Below are positions 1-9,943 of a stretch of DNA of 32,000 nt, one piece after another. Made by a program: the position numbers and the translations under genes. How positions within the stretch are numbered: the first letter of the stretch is position 1; every line of letters starts with the position of its first letter. The notes beneath the pieces are model-generated. The model was given only the letters and a program-made list of their open reading frames with translations. It did no database searches and was not told the origin of the DNA. This DNA comes from Synechococcus sp. C9 (GTDB taxonomy: Bacteria; Cyanobacteriota; Cyanobacteriia; Gloeomargaritales; Gloeomargaritaceae): contig NZ_JALAAD010000001.1 in assembly GCF_022984075.1 (NCBI RefSeq), positions 878,455-910,454 on the forward strand, written 5' to 3'.

Positions 1-470
1 GAGATCAGCCCCGCCTGTTGATAGGCCAAAAACGTGGTCAACCAAAATAATTTCACCACGCTGGCGGGATAGCGAAATTCCTGTTGCTGATAACCGGCAA
101 TCTGGGGGCGATCCGGCTGGGTGACATCCATGAGGGTGATGGACAAAGCCGGTAGGGGTAAACCCTGCTGTTGTACCCAGTCCACCATCTGATTCACGGT
201 CGCCTGCAACTGGGGATTGTAGGTGGTCGGGGGTGCAGTACGGACATTGTAAATTAGTTGTCCTGGGGGAATGACCGTGCTGGGTTCCAGGGGATTGCTT
301 GTATTAGCCGTTGGGGTGGGGTCGGTCGGAATCAGGGTCGGTTGCCCCCAGCGCAGGGCCAGCCAGCCTCCCGCCAAGAACCCCCCACTCCCCGCACCGA
401 TGGATAAAAGCAAACCCAACCAAGGCCAACTCCATTTCCATCCACCATGCTTGCGCCCGATCACATCCAC
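1..470 (-). CDS. serine hydrolase, class A beta-lactamase-related (partial; C-terminus lies beyond the left window edge)
   Basis: Hand translation of the minus strand. It is absent from the ORF track because no stop falls in the window. GTG start at 470 or 464, then DVIGRKHGGWKWSWPWLGLLLSIGAGSGGFLAGGWLAL (hydrophobic anchor), a Pro/Thr linker, then ...QIAGYQQQEFRYPASVVKLFWLTTFLAYQQAGLI. This contains an S-x-x-K (SVVK) motif in the context typical of class A beta-lactamase-like serine hydrolases. Confidence 0.5.
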   Translation of the reverse strand, partial: MDVIGRKHGGWKWSWPWLGLLLSIGAGSGGFLAGGWLALRWGQPTLIPTDPTPTANTSNPLEPSTVIPPGQLIYNVRTAPPTTYNPQLQATVNQMVDWVQQQGLPLPALSITLMDVTQPDRPQIAGYQQQEFRYPASVVKLFWLTTFLAYQQAGLI

Positions 471-500
471 CTCACACCGGGTTCACATGAGTATTTAGTA

Positions 501-710
501 TATCCATTCAGGGGAATATAGCCATCCTAATTGATTCACGTTAATTCCCCAGAACCAAGGATGGGGGTGTTCCAAATTCATGTGGGATTATCATCTATCC
601 ATTGGGGAGAATATCGCCATCTTGATTGATTCACGTTAATTCCCCAGAACCAAGGACGGGGGCGGTGTCCCTGCGACCCCTATTTCAAATTTAATTGGAT
701 TTGTTATCGG
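501..710 (+). repeat. two tandem copies (period ~95 bp) of the left arm plus core of the MITE-like family
   Basis: tatccattcaggggaatatagccatcctaattgattcacgttaattccccagaaccaagga (501-561) recurs as tatccattggggagaatatcgccatcttgattgattcacgttaattccccagaaccaagga (596-656). The second copy continues into the full core cgggggcggtgtccctgcgacccc. The first copy diverges after aaggatggggg. Confidence 0.7.
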
Positions 711-741
711 TTCCCATCAACCCTGAACTAGGTTGGGGACT

Positions 742-1518
742 CTAACAGGGCAAACCCGTTTCCAAGGGCAAGGTCACCGCCTGTTGGGGGGGCAATTCCA
801 TCACCCGGGTAGGCAATCCCGCCTGCGTCAACTGCTGTTGAAACGCCGCTATATCCCCCTTCGCCTGCACCAGTGACAACAGCAACCCACTGGCTTCGTA
901 ATCCCCCATCGCCGTTGAGAGCATCACCTGGGGACGCAATTTCTGCGCCAACTCCAAAGCCACCCGATTCCCCCGGATGATCGGCCCCACCAGCGGCAAG
1001 GTCAAATCCATCACCGGCGCAATCACCACATCCACCTGGTTCACCAACCGCATAATCCCCTGGTGATAGCCATGCGGTTCATAGTACAAGGTCTGCCCAG
1101 TCCGGTGTTCCCGCAAAAGATAGCCATTTTCCACCTGGGTCGGCCCCAGCGGCGCTCCCGGCACCGCTTGGATAGTGATGTGTTCCCCTAACGTGGTGGT
1201 TTGCCCATGCGCCAACGCCGTCACCTGCTGGTAGCCCAACCGCCGCACCACCTGGGCGGCACTGGGACTGGCAATCACCGGAATCCCCCGGTCGAAACGG
1301 CTCAGGGTCAGCGGGTGGCAGTGGTCTTCTAACCCCTGCGTAATCACAATCGCATCTAAATGGCTGGGTAATTCCCCAATGGGTTGCCGCCGTTCCGCCT
1401 TGAATAACCAATCCAATTTGCCAAAGACCAGCGGCCCCACCAACCAAGGGTCAAATAACAACCGCAACCCCCCCCACTCCACCAACCAGGTGTTCGCCTC
1501 AAACCAGGTAACCTGCAT
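742..1518 (-). CDS. MBL-fold metallo-hydrolase
   Basis: 258-aa ORF. N-terminus MQVTWFEANTWLVEWGGLRLLFDPW and the ITQGLEDHCH motif (a variant of HxHxDH) are typical of the beta-lactamase-fold hydrolase family. The other two ORFs overlapping this span are off-frame. Confidence 0.8.
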   Translation of the reverse strand: MQVTWFEANTWLVEWGGLRLLFDPWLVGPLVFGKLDWLFKAERRQPIGELPSHLDAIVITQGLEDHCHPLTLSRFDRGIPVIASPSAAQVVRRLGYQQVTALAHGQTTTLGEHITIQAVPGAPLGPTQVENGYLLREHRTGQTLYYEPHGYHQGIMRLVNQVDVVIAPVMDLTLPLVGPIIRGNRVALELAQKLRPQVMLSTAMGDYEASGLLLSLVQAKGDIAAFQQQLTQAGLPTRVMELPPQQAVTLPLETGLPC

Positions 1519-1680
1519 GACCCTGCCCCCGTGATAGTTTTCATGATAACTTTATATAATTTAACATTTTGACTGGGGATTGACCTGGATGCGGGGCAAC
1601 CACTGGGCATTATGCAGGGAGTGTTAGTACAAAACTGGGGATTTACGAATTTGTGTAAAGAATCTCTCTATGTATATGTA

Positions 1681-1783
1681 TATAGCAATCCTACTTGATT
1701 AACAAACAGCAATTCTCTAGAACCAAGGACGGGGGCGGTGCCCCTGCGACCCCGATTCTATTCTCATTTAGGACTACTATAGC
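1681..1783 (+). mobile_element. MITE-like element, near-complete copy (~103 bp)
   Basis: Terminal inverted repeats TATAGCAATCCTA ... TAGGACTACTATA flank the core TAGAACCAAGGACGGGGGCGGTGCCCCTGCGACCCC (1718-1752). There is no coding capacity. Confidence 0.75.
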
Positions 1784-1955
1784 TAAGCAGGCAAAGGTTG
1801 ACATATAGAGCAGATGACTGAATCTATAAGATCATGAAGATTTTGGGTTGTAGATGTCAATGTACAAATATCGAGAATCGCCTAAGGTGAGAGCCTGTCA
1901 AGCATTGATGAGATTAGATTATTGACGAGATTAAATTTATAAATAAAGTTGTAGC

Positions 1956-2057
1956 TATAGCAATCCTGAATGAATTTAGAATATGGGTCGCAGGGGCACC
2001 TTCCCCATCATTGGTTCCGAGGAATTTCTATTCATTAAATGGGTGGGTTGATGATAT
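1956..2057 (-). mobile_element. MITE-like element, inverted orientation, degenerate distal arm
   Basis: tatagcaatcctgaatgaatttagaatatGGGTCGCAGGGGCACCttCCCCatcaTTGGTTCc matches the reverse complement of the family consensus. The far arm (ttaaatgggtgggttgatgatat) is decayed. Confidence 0.6.
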
Positions 2058-2080
2058 GACAATTACCGGGATAATCAGGG

Positions 2081-2524
2081 TTAAATTTCCTCAAAACGAG
2101 CGTTGATATTAATCGTATTGGGAGCCAGCATGGTGCCCTGATACACCAGCACCACCGTTTTACCAGGGATGGTCGGTTTCATGGCAAGATTAGGCGGCAG
2201 GTCAAACACCACGCTAAAGCCCCACTGACCGCTGGTAGTATTCACTTTACGCTCCACATAACCCTTGCTGGTTAAAGAACTTTGAAAAAATTTCAGGGCT
2301 GATTCGGGCCCCATTTTCGCCTGATAGTTGATGGATTTTTGCTGATAAGCATTAGCCGCAAACAGAGAACTAACAGCAGTACTAGTTTCCTTGGGGCGGG
2401 GCATTTTACTCAATAACGCCTCAGCACTGGTCTGTGCCACCACCAAAGCGGCGGGTGCGAAACCGAGTAAAGCCGTCGTCACAATCACACTGCGGGCAAA
2501 AGGCATGGTACGCTCTCCAGGCAT
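2081..2524 (-). CDS. hypothetical secreted or periplasmic protein
   Basis: 147-aa ORF with a signal-peptide-like N-terminus (MPFARSVIVTTALLGFAPAALVVAQTSAEA; the likely true start is the second Met at 2506). I recognise no family. Confidence 0.5.
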   Translation of the reverse strand: MPGERTMPFARSVIVTTALLGFAPAALVVAQTSAEALLSKMPRPKETSTAVSSLFAANAYQQKSINYQAKMGPESALKFFQSSLTSKGYVERKVNTTSGQWGFSVVFDLPPNLAMKPTIPGKTVVLVYQGTMLAPNTININARFEEI

Positions 2525-2626
2525 GGGCTACATCATCATACCAAACAGACATCCGCCCTGCTTCGATCTGTTCTGAAGGAAAATTTCGTAATTTTTTAAT
2601 CATCACCTTGGCGGTGGGGAACAGCG

Positions 2627-3865
2627 GTGGTATGGTTAAAGGGGGATCGAGTTCATCTAGCCGGGTTATTGAGGGGCAAATCGGTGAAACAAATTACGAT
2701 TTTGGGGGCGACGGGTTCGATTGGCACCCAGACTTTGGAAATTGTGACCCAATACCCAGAGAAATTTCGGGTGGTGGGATTAACCGCCGGTCGGAATATC
2801 CCCCTATTCGCCCAACAAATTCGCCAGTTTCAACCAGAAATTGTCGCAATCCAAGATGAGGATTTAATTCCTGAATTACGGCTGGCAATTAGTGAAATGC
2901 AACCTCAACCGGAGATTCTTGTGGGTGCCGAGGGAATTGCCACTGTGGCAGGGTATGGAAATGCGGAAATTGTCGTCACCGGCATTGTCGGCTGTGCGGG
3001 TTTATTGCCCACGATTGCGGCGATTCGGGCGGGGAAAAATATCGCTTTAGCCAATAAAGAAACCCTGATTGCGGGGGGGCCAGTGATCTTACCCTTACTA
3101 TCAAAATATGGGGTGAAATTGCTACCCGCTGATTCAGAACATTCGGCAATTTTTCAATGTCTGCAAGGGGTGCCGGCAGGGGGCTTAAAACGCATTATTC
3201 TCACTGCATCGGGGGGAGCTTTTCGGGATTGGCCGGTGGAACAAATGGCAAACGTTACCGTTGCCGATGCCCTCAAGCATCCCAATTGGAGTATGGGGCA
3301 AAAAATTACCATTGATTCTGCAACTTTAATGAATAAGGGTTTGGAAGTGATCGAAGCCCATTATCTATTTGGGTTGGATTATGACCACATTAATATCGTG
3401 ATTCACCCGCAAAGTATTATTCATTCTTTAATTGAATTGCAGGATACGTCCGTGTTAGCGCAGTTAGGTTGGCCGGATATGCGTTTGCCCCTATTGTATA
3501 GTTTGTCCTGGCCAGAGCGGTGGCCAACGCCTTGGAAATCCTTAGATTTAGTGAGCATTGGCAGTTTAACTTTTCGGGAACCGGATCATCACAAATATCC
3601 CTGTATGAATTTGGCCTATGCGGCGGGCCGGGCGGGGGGTGCCATGCCAGCGGTTTTAAATGCGGCAAATGAGCAGGCGGTGAGTTTATTTTTAGCGGAA
3701 AAAATCACCTTTGCCGATATTCCCCGTTTGATTGAATCAACCTGTGCTCATTATGACTCCATGAACTGTGCGAACCCTGAGCTAGATCAAATTTTAGCCG
3801 CAGACCGTTGGGCGAGAGAAATGGTACTTGCATCCTATGCCCCATCCCGTGTATTGGTTGTTTAG
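2627..3865 (+). CDS. dxr: 1-deoxy-D-xylulose 5-phosphate reductoisomerase
   Basis: [23 protein letters not shown]-binding N-terminus, [21 protein letters not shown] and [27 protein letters not shown] are hallmark Dxr motifs. The true start may be the in-frame GTG at 2684 (VKQITILG...), which would remove a 19-aa extension. Confidence 0.95.
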   Translation: MVWLKGDRVHLAGLLRGKSVKQITILGATGSIGTQTLEIVTQYPEKFRVVGLTAGRNIPLFAQQIRQFQPEIVAIQDEDLIPELRLAISEMQPQPEILVGAEGIATVAGYGNAEIVVTGIVGCAGLLPTIAAIRAGKNIALANKETLIAGGPVILPLLSKYGVKLLPADSEHSAIFQCLQGVPAGGLKRIILTASGGAFRDWPVEQMANVTVADALKHPNWSMGQKITIDSATLMNKGLEVIEAHYLFGLDYDHINIVIHPQSIIHSLIELQDTSVLAQLGWPDMRLPLLYSLSWPERWPTPWKSLDLVSIGSLTFREPDHHKYPCMNLAYAAGRAGGAMPAVLNAANEQAVSLFLAEKITFADIPRLIESTCAHYDSMNCANPELDQILAADRWAREMVLASYAPSRVLVV

Positions 3866-3926
3866 TTATTTAAGGGAACCTCTATTTATGTGAACCACTC
3901 ATCAATCCCATCCTGGGAATGCCCAT

Positions 3927-3966
3927 ATTCCCCAGAACCAAGGGCGGAGGTGCGCCCTGCGACCGC
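3927..3966 (+). repeat. degenerate core-only copy of the MITE-like family
   Basis: attccccagaaccaagggcggaggtgcgccctgcgaccgc matches the family core with several substitutions. The arms are not recognisable. Confidence 0.5.
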
Positions 3967-3991
3967 TAACTTGGAATTTATAAAAGTGCCC

Positions 3992-5221
3992 TTAATCTAA
4001 AATCGTGATGTTTTCTAATTCTAATAAAAGGTTAGCTAACACGATATTGGACATCAGAAATCCCTGGGGTGGAATGAGAAACCATTGGTTACGTTTTTTC
4101 CCTACCCATCCCTCCGCTTGAAACCGGCTTAATTGACGCACAATTAAATTCTCAACTAAGGTTTTGGTACCGGCAGGAAATTTCTTGAGTAATTGGGTTA
4201 AATTAATTCCTTCCCGCAGGCGCAACCCTAACATCAAATTCTCAATTAACTGTTCTTTAGTACTGAGGGGATAATCCAGCATTTCAATGCTTCCGAAAAT
4301 CGCCTGTTCTTCCACCCATTTGTAATAGGCTTTAAGTTGTTTAGGACGTTGAAAGCGCACTTGGTCAAAATAACTCGTTGCCCCCAAACCAAAACCGTAA
4401 TAGGGTTGATTGTGCCAATAGGCTAAATTATGACGGCATTGGTAATCGGGCTGGGCATAGTTGGAAATTTCGTAGTGGTGATAACCGTGCTTTTCTAAAA
4501 ATTCATGGGCGAAACAGTACATTTTAGCGGTCAATTCATCCCCAGGTAACGCTGGAGAATCTTCCGGGTAGTCGCGATAGAAACGGGTTTTGGGTTCTAG
4601 GGTTAAATCATAGACAGAAATATGTTTGGGCTGGGCTGTTATCGCTTTTTGTAAACTCAATTCCCACTGTTCTAAAGTTTGTCCCGGCAAGCCTTGAATT
4701 AAATCTAAACTCCAATTTTCCCAACCACAGGCTTTAATCTGCTGAATTGCCGTTTCTATATCTTCAACCCTATGGGTGCGTCCACTCACCTGCAGTAATT
4801 CTGGGATGAAACTTTGCACCCCCAAACTCAAACGATTTACCCCTAGTTTTTGATACTCTTCCAGATAGTGAATGCCAGGTGTACCGGGGTCCGCTTCCAA
4901 GGAAATTTCTATATCTTCCGCAAAGCCAAATTGTTCTCGCAAATCCTGTAAAATTTGCCCTAATTCCGCCGGGGTGAGTAATGATGGTGTCCCACCACCA
5001 AAAAAGACTGAAGTTAAGGGTTGTCTGCGACCAGGGGTGAGTTTAATTTCCCAGCGCAAGGCTTCTAAATACTTAGACCGATGCCGGGAATTGGGCTTAT
5101 CATCCACCACTACCGGGAAATCACAGTAATGGCATTTCTGTTGACAAAAAGGGATATGCACATACGCCGCCTTGGGAGCCAGAGCCGCCCGTTTTTTGTA
5201 ATAGCTTGGGGGCAGAAACAT
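3992..5221 (-). CDS. hemW: radical SAM heme chaperone HemW (HemN-like, coproporphyrinogen III oxidase family)
   Basis: 409-aa ORF. It has the AAYVHIPFCQQKCHYCDF radical-SAM CxxxCxxC cluster motif, FFGGGTPS, and a HemN C-terminal-like domain. Confidence 0.85.
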   Translation of the reverse strand: MFLPPSYYKKRAALAPKAAYVHIPFCQQKCHYCDFPVVVDDKPNSRHRSKYLEALRWEIKLTPGRRQPLTSVFFGGGTPSLLTPAELGQILQDLREQFGFAEDIEISLEADPGTPGIHYLEEYQKLGVNRLSLGVQSFIPELLQVSGRTHRVEDIETAIQQIKACGWENWSLDLIQGLPGQTLEQWELSLQKAITAQPKHISVYDLTLEPKTRFYRDYPEDSPALPGDELTAKMYCFAHEFLEKHGYHHYEISNYAQPDYQCRHNLAYWHNQPYYGFGLGATSYFDQVRFQRPKQLKAYYKWVEEQAIFGSIEMLDYPLSTKEQLIENLMLGLRLREGINLTQLLKKFPAGTKTLVENLIVRQLSRFQAEGWVGKKRNQWFLIPPQGFLMSNIVLANLLLELENITILD

Positions 5222-5248
5222 GGCAGTACTCCTGGGTATCTGGCAGGA

Positions 5249-7177
5249 TTAAATTGTTCCCGGTGTGGTTAGGCGAGTGAGGACGAAGCTGGCTCGGTCT
5301 AAAAAGCTCTTCATGCTTTCCGGGTCAAATCCTTTTTGTGCCATCAAAGCTAAATCGTAGATATGTTGGCATAGGTTTTTCATCAATTCCTGCCGAGGAG
5401 AATCCCCTGATGACTGCACAATAATTCCTCCTTGGGAAAGGCTGACTAAATTTTCCACTAGGGGATGCGCCATGTTCACCACGAGGGTATGTTCTTCAGG
5501 AAATTCGGCTTTTTGTTGCTGTAATAAGGCGGTCATATCCCGCAACCGGCGCAGGGCTTCGGGTAATAAAATCATCGCTGGGGGTGCCGACCCACTCAAG
5601 GATTCCGTGCGAATGGTAACTTTGGGTTTATCCAAGTATTGCTTAAAGAGTTCCTGCACCAATTCGGAACGGGTTTTGTTGGTTTTGGGGTCAATAAGTT
5701 CCGCAGATTTATTCGCATCAATTAAGCTCGCATCCAAATCTGCATCCACCCGTGTGAATTTGACATCGGTGTATTCCCGCTCCAGATAGCTAATAAAATG
5801 GGTGTCAATAAAACTATCTAGGAACAGTACTTCTAACCCTTGATTTTGGTGCAGGGCAATGTAGGTGGCTTGGGCGACCTCATCGGTGGCATAAAAAACC
5901 CGATTGGCATGGCGGTCTTTTGCCCGTTCTAAATAGTCCTGCAAAGTGGTGTAATGGAACTTCTGATCCCCTGCCCCTGGGGAAGATAATTCTGCCGTAG
6001 TGCGATAGATGATAATATCCTGCACCTGTTTTTTGAACTTTTCATCATTCAGGCAACCGTATTTCACAAACAAACTTAAATCCCCCCAAATTTTCGTATA
6101 TTGGGCAAAATCATTTTGGTACAATTCCTGCAAGCGGTCGCCCACTTTTTTGGCAATAAAATCCCCAATCCGCCGCACGGTGCGATCCATTTGTAGGGCA
6201 CTGCGGGACACATTTAAGGGAATATCCGGGCTGTCGATTACCCCCCGCATCGGTAACAAAAATCGGGGAATGATTTCTTCGCAATGGTCACTCACATAAA
6301 CTTGATTGCAAAAGAGTTTGATCTGACTGCGGGTGACGTCAATATCCGGTTGTAGTTTCGGGAAGTATAAAATCCCATTCAATAAAAAGGGATAATCCGT
6401 TTGCAGATGCACCCAGAGTAACGGTTCCTCTTGAAATGGATACAGGTAGCGATAAAATTCCAGGTAATCTTCAGCGGTTAAATTGCTTGCGGACTCCCGC
6501 CAGATGGCTTTTTGGCGATTGATGACTTCCCCGTCCAATTTAATCGGTACGGGCATAAAATCACAGTATTTTTTCACCAGTTGGCGAATCCGATTGGGGT
6601 CTAAATACTCCTCTTCCCCTTCCAAAAGGGTTAAAATCACCGTCGTGCCCCGCTCAGAACGCTCAGAAGATGCCAGGGAAAATTCCGGGGAACCACTGCA
6701 CGTCCAATGCACCGCTTCCGCATCTTTTTTATACGACAGGGTATCAATTTCCACCTGTTGCGCCACCATAAACGCAGAATAAAACCCCAAGCCGAAATGT
6801 CCGATTAAGGGTTGGTCACCACCTTGGTATTTTTGGATAAATTCTTCGGCGCTAGAAAAAGCCACCTGATTAATATATTTTTTCACCTCATCGCCGGTCA
6901 TGCCAATGCCATTATCCGTGATACTTAGGGTGCGTTTTTCTTTATCAATGGTAATGTTAATCTCCGGTTGAAAATCCCCTAATTCCGTTTCGCCTGCATA
7001 GCCGACCATTTTTAACTTTTGGATCGCATCTACCCCGTTGGAAACCAATTCCCGAAAAAATACCTCATGGTCAGAATACAGGGACTTTTTGATGATGGGA
7101 AAAATGTTTTGAGTGTGAATGGTAATGGTTCCTTGTTCCAACATGGTTAAGCACCTGTTATCGTGGCAATGAGTCAA
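5249..7177 (-). CDS. htpG: molecular chaperone HtpG (Hsp90)
   Basis: LYSDHEVFFRELVSNGVDAIQKL, ITDNGIGMT and GHFGLGFYSAFMVA are the GHKL ATPase motifs of Hsp90/HtpG. The probable true start is the Met at 7144 (MLEQGTITIHTQ...). Confidence 0.95.
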   Translation of the reverse strand: MTHCHDNRCLTMLEQGTITIHTQNIFPIIKKSLYSDHEVFFRELVSNGVDAIQKLKMVGYAGETELGDFQPEINITIDKEKRTLSITDNGIGMTGDEVKKYINQVAFSSAEEFIQKYQGGDQPLIGHFGLGFYSAFMVAQQVEIDTLSYKKDAEAVHWTCSGSPEFSLASSERSERGTTVILTLLEGEEEYLDPNRIRQLVKKYCDFMPVPIKLDGEVINRQKAIWRESASNLTAEDYLEFYRYLYPFQEEPLLWVHLQTDYPFLLNGILYFPKLQPDIDVTRSQIKLFCNQVYVSDHCEEIIPRFLLPMRGVIDSPDIPLNVSRSALQMDRTVRRIGDFIAKKVGDRLQELYQNDFAQYTKIWGDLSLFVKYGCLNDEKFKKQVQDIIIYRTTAELSSPGAGDQKFHYTTLQDYLERAKDRHANRVFYATDEVAQATYIALHQNQGLEVLFLDSFIDTHFISYLEREYTDVKFTRVDADLDASLIDANKSAELIDPKTNKTRSELVQELFKQYLDKPKVTIRTESLSGSAPPAMILLPEALRRLRDMTALLQQQKAEFPEEHTLVVNMAHPLVENLVSLSQGGIIVQSSGDSPRQELMKNLCQHIYDLALMAQKGFDPESMKSFLDRASFVLTRLTTPGTI

Positions 7178-7483
7178 TCTTTATTCTATTTTACGCAGTT
7201 GATGTCATCTCCGGCAGGGGCGGTACAGGTGTGGATTTCCGGACGGGTGCAGGGGGTGGGCTATCGGGCGGCGACCCGGCGGCAGGCGTTGGCGTTGGGT
7301 GTCAAGGGTTGGGTGAAAAATTTACCGGATGGACGGGTAACGGCGGTGTTTGCGGGTGAACCAGTGGCAGTGCAGAAAATGGTGGATTGGTGCCATCGGG
7401 GTCCGGCTCTGGCACAGGTGACCCAGGTGGTGGTGGAACCCTGTAACGCCATTCCTGATGAGGGTTTTACCATTATCTCCTAG
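7163..7483 (+). CDS. acylphosphatase
   Basis: VQVWISGRVQGVGYRAATRRQALALGVKGWVKNLPDGRVTAVFAG matches the acylphosphatase signature (V.G.VQGV.FR ... GWV.N..DG.V). The start is ambiguous (GTG 7163, ATG 7169 or ATG 7202). Confidence 0.85.
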   Translation: MAMSQSLFYFTQLMSSPAGAVQVWISGRVQGVGYRAATRRQALALGVKGWVKNLPDGRVTAVFAGEPVAVQKMVDWCHRGPALAQVTQVVVEPCNAIPDEGFTIIS

Positions 7484-7551
7484 CTCATCCATTGCCGCTG
7501 GGGGGTGGATTCTGGTAGCCTAGATGACTAAATTACCGATGGAGTGAAGCC

Positions 7552-8814
7552 TTGCCACGCCGTTACCTATTTACCTCCGAATCCGTCACCGAAGGTCACC
7601 CGGATAAAATCTGTGACCAGATTTCGGACACGATTGTGGATGAATTGCTCACCCAAGACCCCCTGAGCCGGATTGCCGCTGAGGTGGTGGTGAAAAATAA
7701 TGACCTGTTTATCCTGGGGGAAGTGAAAACCCAGGCGGTGGTGAATGAGGACTATTATCGGGATTTGGTGAAACGCAAAATTACGGAAATTGGCTACACC
7801 AACCCGGACTACGGTTTTTGTAGTGACGAATGCCGGGTGCAGGTGTTTTTGGATGTGCAATCCCCGGAAATTGCCCAGGGGGTGAATCTGGCGTTGGAAC
7901 ATCGCAGTGATGGGAGCGTTGACCCCTTGGACCAAACCGGGGCGGGGGACCAGGGACTCATGTTCGGTTTTGCCTGTGATGAAACGCCGGAATTGATGCC
8001 TTTACCCATTGCTTTGGCGCATCGCCTCGCCCGCCAACTGGCTCAGGTTCGCAAACAGGGCACCCTCCCCTACCTACGCCCGGACGGCAAAACCCAGGTG
8101 ACGGTCATCTATGAGGATTTTCAGCCGGTGGGAATTGACACCATTTTGATTTCCACCCAGCATGACCCCACGATTGGTCATTACACCAGCAATGAGGAGG
8201 TGCAGGGGAAGATCAAAAGCGACCTGTGGGAAGCGGTGGTTTTGCCCGTGTTTGGGGATGACCTGGTGCGCCCGGATGGGAATACCAAATTTTTGGTCAA
8301 TCCGACCGGCAAATTCGTCACCGGCGGTCCCTGTGGGGATTCGGGCTTGACGGGGCGGAAAATCATTGTGGATACCTACGGGGGCTATGCCCGGCATGGG
8401 GGGGGCGCCTTTTCCGGTAAGGACCCCACCAAGGTGGATCGCTCGGCGGCCTATGGCTGTCGGTTTGCGGCAAAAAATATCGTGAAGGCGGGGTTGGCGA
8501 GCCGCTGTGAGGTACAGTTGAGCTATGCGATTGGCAAGGCACGTCCCGTGAGTATTCTGGTGGAAACCTTTGGCACCAGTCGGGTACCGGAGAATGTCCT
8601 GCTGGATTTGATCCAAAAGTATGTGGAACTGCGTCCAGAGGGGTTAATTCAGCAATTTAACCTGCGGCATCTGCCAAAAGAGCGGGGCGGGCGGTTTTAT
8701 CAAGATGTGGCGAGCTATGGACATTTTGGTCGCCTGGATTTGGATTTGCCCTGGGAATATACCCAGTTGAGTAACCAATTTCGGGATTTAGCCCTTTCGG
8801 CAACGGTGTCGTAG
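7552..8814 (+). CDS. metK: S-adenosylmethionine synthetase
   Basis: [32 protein letters not shown] and [19 protein letters not shown] are canonical MetK motifs. The track start codon is TTG. Confidence 0.95.
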   Translation: MPRRYLFTSESVTEGHPDKICDQISDTIVDELLTQDPLSRIAAEVVVKNNDLFILGEVKTQAVVNEDYYRDLVKRKITEIGYTNPDYGFCSDECRVQVFLDVQSPEIAQGVNLALEHRSDGSVDPLDQTGAGDQGLMFGFACDETPELMPLPIALAHRLARQLAQVRKQGTLPYLRPDGKTQVTVIYEDFQPVGIDTILISTQHDPTIGHYTSNEEVQGKIKSDLWEAVVLPVFGDDLVRPDGNTKFLVNPTGKFVTGGPCGDSGLTGRKIIVDTYGGYARHGGGAFSGKDPTKVDRSAAYGCRFAAKNIVKAGLASRCEVQLSYAIGKARPVSILVETFGTSRVPENVLLDLIQKYVELRPEGLIQQFNLRHLPKERGGRFYQDVASYGHFGRLDLDLPWEYTQLSNQFRDLALSATVS

Positions 8815-8854
8815 ATCGGGGCAAATTGATCGCAATTGCATCCCAAAGTTCATC

Positions 8855-9167
8855 ATGGCACTGGCGGTTGCACCCCTTAGTTTTGAGGAATTTCTTGCCC
8901 ACTATGGGCAGGACAACCGCTATGAACTGATTGATGGTGAGGTTTTTGATGGGGAACCTACGGGTGCCCATGAGGAAGTGGTTGCGTGGCTGACCCGCAA
9001 AGTCTGTGGGGCACATGGGTAAGCCCAAACAACCGACGCTTTCGATTGGTACTTTGGTCAGGGGCGAGTATGAAATTCAGCAATTTCGGGATAATCAAGT
9101 CATTCATTCCCCCACCTTTCCTGCCTGGTGCATGACCGCCGCTGAACTCTTGGGAATCCAACCCTGA
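8855..9167 (+). pseudogene. Uma2-family (DUF820) endonuclease remnant with an internal deletion and frameshift
   Basis: Hand translation. ATG 8855 gives MALAVAPLSFEEFLAHYGQDNRYELIDGEVFDGEPTGAHEEVVAWLTRKVCGAHG* (stop at 9020-9022), an Uma2-like N-terminus. A different frame at 9063-9167 gives GEYEIQQFRDNQVIHSPTFPAWCMTAAELLGIQP*, an Uma2-like C-terminus. The total is ~313 bp, whereas my recollection is that intact members are roughly 180-200 aa. Confidence 0.55.
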
Positions 9168-9192
9168 GCATGAATCATTCTCGTTGAGAAGG

Positions 9193-9292
9193 TATAGTAA
9201 GCCTAAATGAATTGAGAACACGGGTCGTAGGGACACCGCCCCCGTCCTTGGTTCTGGGGAATTTTTCTTCGTTAATCAGGTAGGATTGCTAT
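9193..9292 (-). mobile_element. MITE-like element, inverted orientation (100 bp)
   Basis: TATAGTAAGCCTA ... TAGGATTGCTAT termini flank GGGTCGTAGGGACACCGCCCCCGTCCTTGGTTCTGG, which is the reverse complement of the family core. Confidence 0.75.
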
Positions 9293-9469
9293 GGTTCCAA
9301 AAACAGGTTGTCGCAATCTGACCTTGATCATTCACTACTCCTGTGGTTAAAATTGGTGAACCCTAGTATTGGCTAGAAACCAGGTTATCGGTTAGGATTA
9401 AGATGCAATTTTTCGGTCAGCCTAAGTGTAACGTGTAATTAGCCACCATACAGGGAGCCGCTGGAAGGG

Positions 9470-9943
9470 ATGATGACCACAGATGCTGCAAATTCTTCCG
9501 CCTTGAGCTTGACCGACCGCCTGATGTTTTTGCGGGATGTGCCCATTTTTCGGGGCATCAACAATTACGATTTCCTGCGGGATTTGGCGGTGGAGATGGT
9601 GGAATTGCACTTCCAACCGGGGGAAACCATTTTTGAGCGGGGGGATATTGGGCAGTTGCTTTATATCCTTTCCCAGGGGCAAGTGAAAATCCATATCGGC
9701 GAGGTGGAATTGGCTCGGCTGGAGGCGGGTGCCTATTTCGGGGAAATGTCTTTGTTTGACAGCGACCCCCGTTCCGCTTCGGTGACCGCCATGACCCCCT
9801 GTACCTGTCTGTGTTTGTCCCAGCCCCAGATGCAGGAGGCGATTTTGAATAACCCTGCCATTGCCCTGAATGTGATCCAAAATCTCTGCCAACGGATTCG
9901 CCGCCTCAACCAGTTGGTCAGCGTGGGCGCCTATGCCGGTTAG
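9470..9943 (+). CDS. cyclic nucleotide-binding domain protein (stand-alone cNMP-binding domain, no HTH visible)
   Basis: 157-aa ORF. FLRDVPIFRGI..., GETIFERGD, LYILSQGQVKI and GAYFGEMSLFDSDPRSASVTA are the cNMP-binding beta-barrel and phosphate-binding-cassette motifs. Confidence 0.85.
   Translation: MMTTDAANSSALSLTDRLMFLRDVPIFRGINNYDFLRDLAVEMVELHFQPGETIFERGDIGQLLYILSQGQVKIHIGEVELARLEAGAYFGEMSLFDSDPRSASVTAMTPCTCLCLSQPQMQEAILNNPAIALNVIQNLCQRIRRLNQLVSVGAYAG

Noticed and set aside
271-498. 75-aa plus-strand ORF at the left edge
   Set aside because: It lies antisense to a much longer open frame on the minus strand that encodes a recognisable serine hydrolase (SxxK). The translation is Pro/Gly-rich low complexity, as expected from GC-rich antisense frames.
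7484-7551. Possible SAM-responsive riboswitch or leader upstream of metK
   Set aside because: Only ~68 nt are available, and I could not identify any conserved riboswitch core or convincing helices by eye.
8074-8616. 180-aa minus-strand ORF inside metK, plus similar antisense ORFs in the CDF gene (10095-10676), the GH57 gene (11379-13302, several) and the cNMP gene (9422-10012)
   Set aside because: Each overlaps a confidently identified gene on the other strand. None shows a recognisable domain, and all have the biased composition expected of antisense frames.
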